64,000 nucleotides of DNA from Camelus ferus. Its lineage: Eukaryota. Shown here one piece after another: positions 1-12,355 of the stretch (its first letter is position 1; every line of letters starts with the position of its first letter). Location of the stretch: assembly GCF_009834535.1 (NCBI RefSeq), contig NC_045696.1, positions 73,100,001-73,164,000 on the forward strand. The letters are read 5' to 3'. A model generated the notes under the pieces. It was not told the origin of the DNA. It ran no database searches and saw only the letters and a program-made list of their open reading frames with translations. The translations under genes and the position numbers were made by a program.

Positions 1-960
1 TGTGAAATAACGTCTTTGTGACCAAGGGGTAGGAAAAGGCTTTTTAAACAGAATCTCAAAAGCATCAACTTAAAGGTTGGATTTAGTTACACCAAAATTA
101 AGGATTTTGTTCAATGTCATGTTCCATAGATGAAGTTAACAAACAGATGTTAGATTGGGAAAGGATATTTGCCACATTTAAAACCAGCAAGGGATAATAG
201 CTTGCTAAACAAAATCTCAATGCATGAACCCCTTTAATCAACAAGAAAAATATGGGAAACCTAAGAAAAGAGTTCAAAAAAATTCATAAGAGGATAAACA
301 GGTAATTCAGAGATGATGTTTGAGTAAATAGCAAATATATGAAGAGTTGCTAAAGTTCATTGTAAAGAGGTGAAATGCAAATTAAAGCAACAATAAAATA
401 TCATTTTATAAGTATTTGAATGTCAGCAATTAGAAAGGCAGATAATACCAAGTATTGGAGACGATATGGTATAGTGGAGATTTTTGCACTGCTGATGGTG
501 ATATAAGTTGCACAATAACTCTGGAAAGTCATCATATGTGTGACAATCCCACTGATGAATCTGTTTTTCCAGATAACTAGCAAGAATTTGAGTGGGGACA
601 TGTTCATGGATGTTATAGTTTCACTCATGGAAGTAAAGAGTTAGATGGATCTGAGGTGTCCAATGAGTAATTTTAATCAATAAGTAAATACAGTAGATGC
701 ATACTATGAAATGATATGCAGCAGTAAGAAGCAATGAACTAACTGATCATGGAAAAAAAATTTCAAACATAATCATGAAAGGAAAAATAGGAAACAGGAC
801 AAATGCTATTTATAGTAAGTAGAATACACATAGTTCTTTACCAAACAACACCTGTTTTATAATGCTACATACATTTAAAGATACATAGTACTCTCTTTAA
901 AATAGATAAGTACTCAGAGGAGGGAAATGAAAGTGAAATGGAAGAAAGAGTGAAATAAAG
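1..960 (+). mobile_element. Ancient L1 (L1M-type) ORF2-end/3' UTR fragment
   Basis: Degenerate L1 motifs: gattgggaaaggatatttgc, gaaatgcaaattaaagcaacaat, gcactgctgatggtgatataagttg, tactatgaaatgatatgcagcagtaagaagcaatgaact. Confidence 0.8.
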
Positions 961-1325
961 TAGAGGAGAGGGATCTTGCAAGGATCACACAACATGCTGA
1001 GAAATTAAGACCACAGTTAGATCAGCTTGCTGTCTGTGCATCTGAAGTTCAAAATCTAACAATAACAAATGAGACATTTAGGTGGTTTTCAATCTTTTGC
1101 TACAATGGCTATCTTTGTCATATATCATTTAAAATAAAAAAACCAACAAAACATTATACTAACATTTCTGAGGTATTTTCTCCACTCCTGTTTTTTCCTA
1201 AGACAGACTTATGGTATTCCAGGCAGAAGTAAAGTTAGTTATGTGCCTAGCAAGTATCCAGGGTATTCTCATGGCCTCCTTGACTGATCTGGTTTCAGTG
1301 ATCTGAGAGACAAGGTCTATTTCTG

Positions 1326-2500
1326 CAGCTTTCACACATTTTGGTCTCAGGATCCCTTTATACTCTCAAAATTATTGAGGATCCGGAAGAGCTTTTGTTA
1401 TTTACCATGTAAGGAATAAATGTAAATATTTAATAATTTAAGAATAACCGTCATAAATCCGTAAAGTGTTAACATAATAACATTTAAAATGAAAAATAAT
1501 TATATTTTGCAAAACAAACATTTAGTGTGAAGAGTGGCATCATTTTACATGTGTACGAATCTCTTTAATGTCTGACTTAATAGAAGACAGCTGGATTCTC
1601 ATATTTGTTCTGCATTCATCTCTTGTGAAATGTTGTTTTGATTGAAGTATATCTGGAAAATCCAGCTTCACAGACATATAGTTGGAAAAGTGAGCGATAT
1701 TTTAACAGCCTTTTCAGATAATTGTGGATATTTGTCTTTGATATTGCACCAAAGCTCGACAAGTGGTAGTTCTTGAAGGTGATTTTCAGTTTGAAATCTG
1801 AAACTATTATCAATGAACTTTTTGATATTAAAATTTATTGGCATGTCTTGTACTTTGATGAATCTTTTATCCATGCATAACTTTGTAATGTCATGCATTG
1901 GTCATTTGGAAAATATTGGTTCACTAAGTTATATATATCATATACAATATTAAAAAATCACATTTGTTAATTATAACACTGATCTCATCAGAAAAGTGCT
2001 AAAATATTGGGAAGCTATGAAGCTTACAGTAGTGGATACAATTTTTCTAAAGTTCTAATTTTCATTGAGAGTTTTTGGTAACAGTACTGTCATTTTTTTC
2101 CCCTCGAGGTTATAGACTTGCTTTACTTTTGAGAAAATACCAGATACTCAAGTCTGAATAAAGTATAGTTTGTTTGCAGATTTTTCTTTCAAATAACAAT
2201 GGTGTTCCATGAAAAAAGGGGCTAGTAGTTCAGGTTGCAACTCAGCTGCAACTCAAAGTATGACGAGATTATCTGTGATCCTTTGTGTGGTGTGCAGCAG
2301 AAGTGTTTATACATACTTCCCATTTTATAACACAGAATATTAAAAAGGCTTATTCTCAAGGGTTGAGATTAAATAAAATTAATAATTTCTACTGACTCAT
2401 CAAGGACATTCTTAAATGACTGGCTTTCCTCCCTGTATGGTGGTGAATGACAGAGATAGAGCCGTTTTGTGCCAGTGTCTTGATGTGTGCTAGGGTGGCA
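1326..2500 (-). mobile_element. Charlie1-type hAT DNA transposon fossil with frameshifted transposase remnant
   Basis: Terminal motif cagctttcacacattttggtctcaggatccctttatactc. Minus-strand ORF pieces give hAT C-terminal dimerisation motifs (LVELWCNIKDKYPQLSEKAVK, YVCEAGFSRYTSIKT) and NVLDESVEIINFI. Confidence 0.92.
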
Positions 2501-2779
2501 GCTGTCTTGTGAACTGTCTCTCGATTTCACCCACTCTTCCTCAGCTTCCATTTCTTTCCACTTCCTAAATTTGAAGAAGGGTTCGTGAATTAGGAGAGTT
2601 CAACTTCTCCCAGGGATTGAAAGTAGCACATAGGAGGAGGACCAAGAAGTTACCTAAGAAAGAGGGGAAGGAGGAATAAGAAAGAAAGTGCAGAGAGGGA
2701 GAGACTGATTTGGATGACGTTCTCTGGTCTAACTGTATTGCAGTTTTAGCAATCTCCATGTCGGAACTTATTTTTAACC

Positions 2780-3560
2780 TTCAAATGTTACAGTGGGAAA
2801 AGCATTTCTAACGATGACTTCAGAAATTATGTAAGAAAAAATACTGAAAAAAATTTTTAAAAAGCATTTCTGCATGACAAGAAACTACCATAAAGTCAAG
2901 AGACAAATATTAGCAATTGATACCAAACAAAAGACTAACCACCTTTATGTATAAAGAACTCCTAGATGTGAGAGAATGGATTAAACATATAAACAGGTAT
3001 GTATCACAGAAAAGGAGTTGTGAATGGCTCCTTAATTTATAAAAAGATGTTCAACCTCACTTGTCATAAATGCAAATTATAGCTACATGAAGTACTACTT
3101 CCCACTTATCAAATCAATGAAAATCTTTCAATTTGACAGTATATTGACAAGACTATATGTAAAAAGATATTTTTGTACACCCCTTGTAAGAGTATAAATT
3201 GGCATAACCCCTACAGAGAGCAATTTAGAAGTATCTGTCAAAATTACAAATTAACCTTTGCCCTGGCAATTTCACTTCTGGGAACTTTTCCTATACATGG
3301 ACTTGCATATGCACATATGTGAAATGACATTTAAAGAAAGTTGGCTTTTTTTTTTTTTTTTTTTTTTTGGTCTTGGTTGTATTTGCAAAAGTTTAGAAAC
3401 AACTGACTGTCCATCAGTAAGAACTAATAACAGTGCATATGTGTTGAAGGAATTAATGGTAATGGGCATATTGGGGGCAAGAATAGGAGGGAGACCTTTC
3501 ACTGTAGGTCTATCTCCTTATATTTTATTTTGAAAAAATTTAAACATATTACCCACATTT
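2780..3560 (+). mobile_element. Ancient L1 (L1ME/L1MD-like) 3' fragment
   Basis: aaaagatgttcaacctcac, atgcaaattatagctacatgaagtactac, gagtataaattggcataacc, ccctggcaatttcacttctggga. Confidence 0.8.
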
Positions 3561-6500
3561 AAAGGATTTAAAAAATTCTTTATACTATGTGGTAAGTATT
3601 AAATTTGTCCTTTATGGTTACTAAGATAGAAAATGGGAAGAAAAATAATCCATCTGTTTTCTGCTGAAGTGAAATTGGAATTATGACCTAATGGTGTCTT
3701 ATTTTCAGTAGTCACTTAATACATATTGGTTGAATGAGTGAAACAAATGGACAGTGACATTGCATTGCTATTAGGTAGTTTTATGATCGTGGTACACACA
3801 AGATAAAATTCACTTTTAGTTCCACTGTCTTTCCTGCTTGTGACATTATCTTCTTTCCTATTCTTCCTTCCTCTTCCTCCTTTTCTTTTTCACATAAACA
3901 TGAGCTTCAACTCCTACTTCACTACCCAGACCTAAATAAAAATATGTTTGAAAGAACTACTCCACGTGAATGGACAGTTGTCTATATGAGATCTGGTGGT
4001 TTCAAATTATGCCCATTTTCTTTTACAAACAATAAAACGGGGTCTATATTACATCAAATAAACTGATTAAAGTTGAAAATTTTATTTAAGCCTTTGTGTA
4101 CATGTAGAGAGAATCTGGATTACAGAGCTCTGAGACAAGTCTCAGAGTTTGAGATTTTAATAATTGATCCATTGATTCCTGAATTTGCATACTTTTCTCA
4201 TTCTTGTCAATTGCTTGGTCAGATAGAAAATATCCCATAAGAACTTAAAGTCCACTAAATGAAAATATGTATTTACTGGAATGTAATACAATATATATTT
4301 AATGTATTTGAATAATAACAGAATAAGAAGCCTCTTAACTGTTTTCTCAATTAAACTCTCCTAAATTGCCATACATAATACAAATTATTATTATAAACTC
4401 CTTGTACATACACTGTAATTCCATAAGTGTTCTTCTACTATTTTTTTTTTTGTTTTGTTTTACTGTGAGCAACAGAGGTTCAATACATTTACATGGTGTA
4501 AAGTTTCTGACATATAATTGGAAAACAGAACAAAGATGCAATTCAGTTTGATGAAACTTTTTACAGTTCTGCATGTCTTTATGGGCATGTACATATATTG
4601 ATACAAAATAATCCATTTAGCACTTTTTAAAAAGCTTTCACTGATGAAAAGTGTATATTTATAAATGACGTAATGTAGGCATTCATTTTTATATAGCACC
4701 TCCATTAAATTATTCCCTGTTTTTCCAAGTAAAAATTATCTTATAGTCTCTGAACTTTAATAACTAACAAAATTAAAGTCAACATTCTCTTAAATTTATT
4801 TTACATAATGAGGTCAAACTACATCATTTTTGTTTCAAATTAAATTTGATTTTTAGAAAAGTAGGAGGTAAACATTTGCTTAAAAGAAAAATCAAATAAT
4901 TCAAATGGGGGCTGAATCCATTTCTTAAATCTTTTCCTGTGTTACACAGGATTTCTAGGAATGGCATCATTTCAAACTTGAGGCATCACTGCTGTGTTTT
5001 ACACATATGGTTGGAATGACAATTCCCTTTCAGTGACAGCCTCCCATTTTCACATGGGAGGAGCTGGAATACAGTTATGGAGTAGTCTGTCAAAGATTTT
5101 TTTTATTATTAACAGAAAAGTTATATTGTCTGCCTGACTGAGAATGTTTGTGGAAACTTGTGATTTCTACATCTGGAATTGATTTTTGAGAGTACATGCA
5201 AATCAAACTATTGAATAGGTAACGATATTTTACTCCCCTGCAGACCCAACTTGTGGTCTAATGTACAACTACAACAGATCTTCAAAGTTGTCCATCACAG
5301 TTGGAAAACTCCAAGATGGTTTATCCTGAGAAGTACTCTCTCAGGAGTTGCTTTTTAAGAATAGTATAGATTTTCTCATTTCTAAAATGGCTTTATTAAA
5401 ACCTCACCTAGAAGCAGAGGTAGATTTTTTTTTTAGTCTTAAGAATTTATAGTTATTCTGGTCAGCAAAGCCTAATAATAATTTACTTAATCTAAAATTT
5501 AAAATAAAGGCAGCCAGGTTTTCACAATTATTTTTCAAATGCAATTCCTAAAATAATTGGTATGTCTAGACTTGGCTTTTTCTGTACCAGTGGTTCCTAG
5601 GTAATGATTAATGATTACATTTTCATCCATCTGTGGTGAAATAGGAATATAAGGACAATTAAATCAATCCAGTTTAAATTAGGACTATCCTTTTTATTGA
5701 GATTATGTCATTTCCTACTTTTAAATGTTAAAATGGTCATTCTTTTATTATATAACAGTAGTGATAGGTAATTATTTTTGTCATCTTTTTGGTGGCAATT
5801 TTTTGTAGATGTCTAGTTTTTGAAAGATTTATTGGTTGTGAGATACAGAAATGTAGGAACCGAATTTTATACAATATTAAAACATCCACATAAAGTAAAA
5901 ATTTAGTGTCAAAAACATTTAATTTACTAAATAATTAACCTTTTAACAGGACATTGAGATACTTGCTTTAAAGTAACAATTAATTATAGTCTATTATATA
6001 TGCAAAAATTTACAAATAAATTTATCCATATGGTCAACATATAACATGAGATGAATTAGAAAGGGCTTTTAGAAAGTGTGGACAGTGACTTGGCCTGGGA
6101 TGGACAGGCAAAGGAAGAAACTAACAGACTGAAAGGTCACATTTGCTGTGACTCTGAAATTATTTTATGGGTTTGGCTTAAAGAATTGAGATTAGCTAAA
6201 TCTGGATTAAAGAGAGGAGAATTATCACTCTTACAACGTTGATAAATTAGGAATGGTTTTAGCAGCTGGTGATTAATGAGGGCTCAAAGGTAATTATACC
6301 TGGAGTACAAAATCTTTGTTTTATTTGCTGCTCCCCTCTTAGCACCTACTCGGTGCTCCATAAATATAAGGTGAATGAAGACCATGGAAGAAGAAAGAGA
6401 AGGTGGCTGCTGGGAAAGCAGCAGTGGAGTACTGTGTAGATTACCAAGAAGATGAATTTTAGGAATAGCTAATAAATTCAGTTTTTTGAAGGCCTCTTTT

Positions 6501-6892
6501 AACCCAGACAACATAATCTTTTTTACTATCAATTGCTTTACTAACTACAATATGGATGGTAATACTCAAAATTATTCATTTGAAAGATTTTGTATTGGCT
6601 GTCAGTTATTATCACTGGAATTTACATGATAACTAGAAGACTACAGAGTTTATGTGTTAAGATTGTCCTAAATCCATTAGTAATTCTAAAACTTTGGTGA
6701 ACTTTTTATTTATGCAAAGAATTTCACTTCTAGTGACATATTTATGGACCTAAAATGATTATCAGCTCCTTAAAATCACAATAGAATTGGAAAGTGATTC
6801 CAAAGATAATCTGTATCATCTTTCCTGTTTATAAAAACTAATTTTCAAAGATCTTATTGACATTTTGCACTGTATTGAATCAGGCCTACTTT

Positions 6893-9442
6893 ATTTAAAA
6901 AAAATTCAGTTATATAAATTTGAGGTATATAGCATTATAATTCAACATCTGTATATACTACAAAGTGCCACTACAGGTCTAGTTACCATCCATCGCCATA
7001 TGGTTGACTTCCTTCACCCATTTTGCTCACCCCCCTTACCTTCTTCCCCTCTGGTGATCACTAATCTGATCTCTATCTCTGTGAGTTAGTTTTTGTTTTA
7101 TTTTGTTTGTTAATTTGTTTTGTTTTTCTAGATTCCACAGATGAGTGAAATCATACAGTATTTGTCTTTCCTCATGTGACTTATTTGATTTAGCATAATA
7201 CCTTCAAGGTCCATCCATGTTGCAAATAAAAGGATTTCACTCATTTTTATGGCTGAGTAGTATTCCATTGTCTGTATATGTACCACATCTTTATTCAGTC
7301 ATCCATCAGTAGACACTTAGGTAGTTTCCATATGGCTAAATAATACTGCAGTGAACATAGAGATGCCTGTATCTTTTTGAATTTCTGTTTTTGTATTCTT
7401 GGATAAATTGAAGTGAAATAGCTGGGTCTTATAGTGGTTCTAGTCTTAATTTTTTGAAGACTCTCCATACTGTTTTCCATAATGCCTGCACCAACTTACA
7501 GTTTCACCAACAGTGTATGCAGGTTCCCTTTTCTCCATATCCTCTTTAACATTTGTTATTTCTTGTCTTTTTAATAATAGCTATTCTAATGTATGCAAGG
7601 TGATATCTCATTGTGGTTTTGGCTTTCACTTCTCTAATAATTAGTGATGTTGAGCATCTTTTTCATGTACCTGTTAGCCATCTGTATGTCTTCTTTGGAA
7701 AAAAATGTCTATTCAGATCCTCTGCTCATTTTTTAATTGTTTTTTTGTTTGTTTTGGCTGTTGTTTTGGATATTAACCCCTTATCAGATATATCATTAGA
7801 AAATATCTTTTCCCATTCAGTAGGTTTCCTTTTCATTTTGATGATGGTTTCCTTTGCCGTACAGAAGCTTTTTAGCTTGATGTAGTCTCATTTATTTATT
7901 TTTGCTTTTGTTGCCCTTGTTTTTGGAGTCAGATCCACAAAAACATCACTAAGGCCCATGTCAATGAGGTAACTACTTATGTTTTTTTTTTTTTCCCTAG
8001 AAATTTTATGGTTTCAGGTCTTACATTCAAGTCTTTAATCCATTTTAAGTTAGATTTTGTATATGATGTAAGATAGCAGTTTAGCTTCATTCTTTTGCAT
8101 GTAATTGTCCAGTTTCCCAGCACCATTTGCTGAAGAGATTGTTCTTTCTCCATTGTACAGTTTTTGCTCCTTTGTCATAAGTTAATGGTCCATATATATG
8201 TGGGTTTATTCCTGGGCTTTCAGTTTTGTTCCATTGACCTGTGTATTTGTTTTTGTGACAGTATTATAACCATTTTGATTACTGTAGCTTTGTAGTACAG
8301 TTTGAAATCAGGGAGTGTGATTTTTTTTTTTTTCTCAAGATTGTTTTTGCTATTTGGGAACTTTTGTGGTTCCACAGAAATTTTAGAATTATTTGTTCTA
8401 TTTCTGTGAAATATGCCATTGGAATTTTTATAGTGATTTTACTGAATCTGTAGATTTTTGAGGGTAGTATGGACATTTTAATAATATTAATTATTCCAGT
8501 GTACAAACATGGACTATCTTTCCATTTCTTTGTGTTTTCTTCAATTTCTTTTGTCAGTATCTTAGTTTTTATTTGTTTGTTTGTTTACTTACTTACTTAC
8601 TTAATGGAGGTATTAGGGATTGAACAGGACCTCATGCATGCTAAGCACACACTCTACCACTGCATTATACCCTCCCCTCCTTAGTTTACAATGTACAGGT
8701 CTTTCATCTCCTTTGTTAAATTTATTCCTATGTGTTTTATTCTTTTTGATGCAATTGTAAATGAGATTTTTTTCTCAATTTATCTTTCTGATACTTTGTT
8801 ACTAGTGTATAGAAATGCAACAGCTTTCTGTATATTAGTTTTGTATCCTGAAACCTTACTGAATTCATTTATTAATTCTAGTAGTTTTTTGGTAGTCTTT
8901 AGGGTTCTCTGTATACTGTGTCATGTCATCTGCACATAATGACAGTTTTACTCCTCCTTTTCCTATTTGGATGCCTTTTATTTCTTTTTCTTGCCTAATT
9001 GCTATGGCTAGGACTTCCAATACTCTGTTGATTAAAATTGTGGGAATGGGCATATTTGTTTTGTTCCTGATCTCAGAAAAAAGGCTTTCAGCTTTCTATC
9101 ATTGAATATGGTGTTAGTTGTGTGTTTGTCATATATGACCTTTATTATATTGAGTTATATTCTCTCTGTACCCACTTTGTTGAAAGTTTTTATCATAAAT
9201 GGATGTTGACTTTTGTCAAAAACTTTTTCTGCATCTACTGAGATGATCATGTGATTTTTATCCTTCATTTTGTTGATGTGATGTATCACACTTACTGATT
9301 TGTGGATGTTGAACCATCCTTGCATCCCTGGAATAAATCCCACTTGACTGTGGTGTATGATCCTTTTAATATATTGTTGGATTCTGTTTGTTAATATTTT
9401 GTTGAGGGTTTTTGCTCTCTGTGTTCATCAAGGATATTGGGC
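6893..9442 (-). mobile_element. 5'-truncated L1 (RT region of ORF2 to 3' UTR), about 2.5 kb, disrupted
   Basis: ORF2 peptides [83 protein letters not shown]. Near-identical TSD atcaggcctacttt (6879-6892) / atcaggtttacttt (9443-9456). Confidence 0.97.
8569..8679 (-). mobile_element. tRNA-Ala-derived camelid SINE (vic-1 type) inserted in the L1
   Basis: Minus strand reads ggggagggtataatgcagtggtagagtgtgtgcttagcatgcatgaggtcctg(..)ttcaatccctaatacctcca followed by an A-rich tail. TSD cttagttt at 8561-8568 and 8680-8687. Confidence 0.9.
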
Positions 9443-11643
9443 ATCAGGTTTACTTTTAGATTTCTTATACTTATTAAAAACAAACTGCTTATAATTGTTT
9501 CTTATAAGCTATTTGGTCAAACAGTCAAAATTTGGTAAGGAAAAAGTATGAATGAGATTCATGAAAATTTATTTTTTATCAGATTAGTGTTTTGAAGTAT
9601 GATTAAATATAAGATCTAAGTTTCATTTCACTTTACAGGATTAATTTCCCCAGAAACCAAAAGAGACACCACTTTATGGGCTAGTGTCATCAAGGACTGC
9701 ATCTTAGTGATTTAGTCCTCAGATATACAAAAGCCCACATGGTTCTAATAAATGTAAAATTTTGATGTCCAATATATACGCGATAAGTTGACAATACAGG
9801 ACTCCTTCAGTGAGATATTAGAATTTTCAATAGTAAGTTTGCTCTCACTAGTTCATCCCACATTAGCATTTATGTTTCTCCTCCCAACCCCCTCACCTTG
9901 TCTCAATGCATGAGGTACAAGACTCACTGATTATTTCTATTGTATGTTCTAGACATTTAAAAGTGTGTGGTCTAGCAAACTGTGAAGCAGACCGGAATTC
10001 TTTATAGCATAAAGTTAGTGACACATGGTTGCTTTAAATCATATCCACTATTATGGTAGCCAAAATGAATGGAATGATATAATAAAGGTTGTTTTCTTAT
10101 CTATGTATAATTAAAGGTTCTCCCAAAACACTTAGAAAATATCTCTCTCATTCAGGAGAGGAACTTGGATTTGCAAAGTATGTATTGTTTTCCTAAACGC
10201 TTATTGCTTGTGAAACATGTGCATACCTGCATAAGAGCATATGTTCATTAATTGTTAAAAAGAGTCATTGAAGTGAAGACAGATGTTCATTTTATCAGAT
10301 TATCAGTGATGAGACCAGTGTAGCTATTCAAGATGTTCTTTATGTTCTGTTTGTGGTTATACTGTTTGTCCATCTTTGCACTCCAGGTATTCCCCAGGAA
10401 GTGGGCCTCATAGTGTCTCCTTCCTGTGATTTACACAGGCTTGAGTGGAATACACACCAATTAGCCATTCATGTTCTCTGTTATTCTCTCATTTGGGGAT
10501 TACTCTCCTCCCCTGACTCTGGTTGTCTCAGGTTGGGAGCATCTTATTTCTGAAGTATAATGTCTCATGTGTGAGGGAGGCCACCTAAGTATGAAGTTAC
10601 TCTCACTTCATTCTCTCGACTGTCCTTTAATGCTGTTGCCTTTTGAAAACCATCCCCTATGTCACCTTTCACCAAAGTATTCTGTGCTAATTTGGGAAGA
10701 TTTATTATTGTATGTCTAAACTCAACTGAAAGGAGCAAATATGCAAATGAATCCTAATAGGGACTGTCCAACCATTTTCTCACAAGTTTTAAGCAAGTGC
10801 TTCTAGACTTTCTAAAAATAGAGTACATATCACAAAACAGCTTATATCCAGCAAACTCATTTTATCATTTAATCTGACCATAAATTATAGAAACTTGTTA
10901 AAAGCACTCCTCCTCTGGTCTTCCTTTCTGGGCCAAGGAAGGCACAGGAAGAAGATGGAGACATGAGGAAGGTGACAGTCTTTTCCTACTCTGTCCTTAC
11001 ACGTGCTTAGCCTCCTGCACAGGAGTTACTCATGAGTCATCTATGAGGATTTTTTTCATATAAAGTTAAATTGTATCCAGCTGCTCCAGCTGTTTTCATT
11101 TCACATTTCAATGTTTACTGTTCTATTGAACTGAGAAAGCAGCTATTGAGTGTTGCATGTATTATTCTAAAAAAGGAACTTTTTTGTCCTTAATAGCTAA
11201 AGTACCAGAACTGTCCAGGAGTTCAGGGACCATGTGTATTGTTTTCTACACTGAATTTCCAGAATCTAACCTGGTACTTGCTACCTTGTAGGTATTCAGT
11301 ATACACTTAATAGTAGAATAAAGAATGGTCAGTGCTCTCCTAGTTGATAAAATAAATAATGATGCCTACATTGTATGTTTGTAACCTTGTGAAAGGCAAA
11401 AGATTAAATTGCCTTTCATTGTGTTTGTGTAGATACATGTATTATAAGCTATATAATTAAAGCCTTTTTATTGTTGATTTGCTGTTTTTAAACTAAATTT
11501 AAAATTGTGGAATCTGAGAACATTTATAAGAGGAATATTTACAGCGGGGTTTCTGTTGCATGACAGTTTGAAAGTTACGTTAATTGTAATGCTTTATTTT
11601 TTGAGGCCTTGTCCTTATCAATTGTTTTGATCTATCAACTGTA

Positions 11644-11865
11644 CAGCAACCCTGACCCTCTACTCAGTCGACAATCCAAGTATAACTTATAGTAGGCCCT
11701 TCCTATACATGGGTCCTCCGTGTCTGTGGTTCCTTGGTATCCATAGTTACAGATTTGAGGATTCAACCAACTTCAGATTGTGTAGTACTATAGCATTTAC
11801 TCTGGGAAAAATCTGCACGTAATTGGACCCACACAGTTCAAACCCATGTTGTTCAGGGTCAACTG
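11644..11865. mobile_element. Tigger2-type non-autonomous DNA transposon (Tigger2a/MER8-like)
   Basis: Right end aaaatctgcacgtaattggacccacacagttcaaacccatgttgttcagggtcaactg followed by TA; internal gattcaaccaac..tgtgtagtact. Confidence 0.85.
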
Positions 11866-11869
11866 TAGT

Positions 11870-12355
11870 TCAAAATTCAAAACAAAAAGTTTTCTCTCCC
11901 ATCCTTGACCCCTAGCCACCTAATTCCCCTCCTCACAGTTGGTGTTATTTGTTTCTTGCATAGTTTTCCAGAAATAATTTATGTTTTTAAAATTCAACAC
12001 TAATTTAAATCTAGCTCTTATGTAACTTTCTTTATCAGTTCATACACAGTTTCTTCATTCTTTTCTATGGATTCATGTTCTGCATGGATCTACTATAATT
12101 TATTTAAACAATTTCTTATTAATGAACATTTAAGTTATTTCCAGTATTTTACTATTATAAACTGTGATGCCATGAATAACTTTGTAAATATGTTATTCTG
12201 TACACAGGTATTTCATTAGAATAAATTCCTAGACGTAAAATTATCTTTTAAAATAGGTGTAATTATGTATTTTTCTAGATGTAGAATTATTATATAAAAG
12301 GTATATGCATTTATAATTTTGTTAAGTATCTTCCAAATTGCCTAAAGGGTAGGTT
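11870..12355 (-). mobile_element. Ancient L1ME-like 3' fragment
   Basis: aatgaacatttaagttatttccagtattttactattataaac, gaataaattcctag, ggtatatgcatttataatttt. Confidence 0.75.

Noticed and set aside
1616..2551. Transposase-like ORFs suggesting a domesticated ZBED/Buster gene
   Set aside because: Motifs are split across frames with stops and sit next to the Charlie1 terminus; this is a fossil transposon
4403..4595. Two plus-strand TGTACATA Pumilio elements suggesting an mRNA 3' UTR
   Set aside because: No upstream coding exon on the plus strand, and the motif is common in AT-rich DNA
4128..5346. Short inverted repeats (ctctgagac-aa-gtctcagag at 4128-4147; tcctgaga...tctcagga at 5324-5346) as miRNA hairpins
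   Set aside because: Stems of 8-9 bp are too short for pre-miRNAs, and I recognised no mature miRNA sequence in the window
8279..9343. Reverse transcriptase ORF fragments
   Set aside because: Broken ORF2 of a 5'-truncated L1 with a SINE inserted; not a functional or novel RT system
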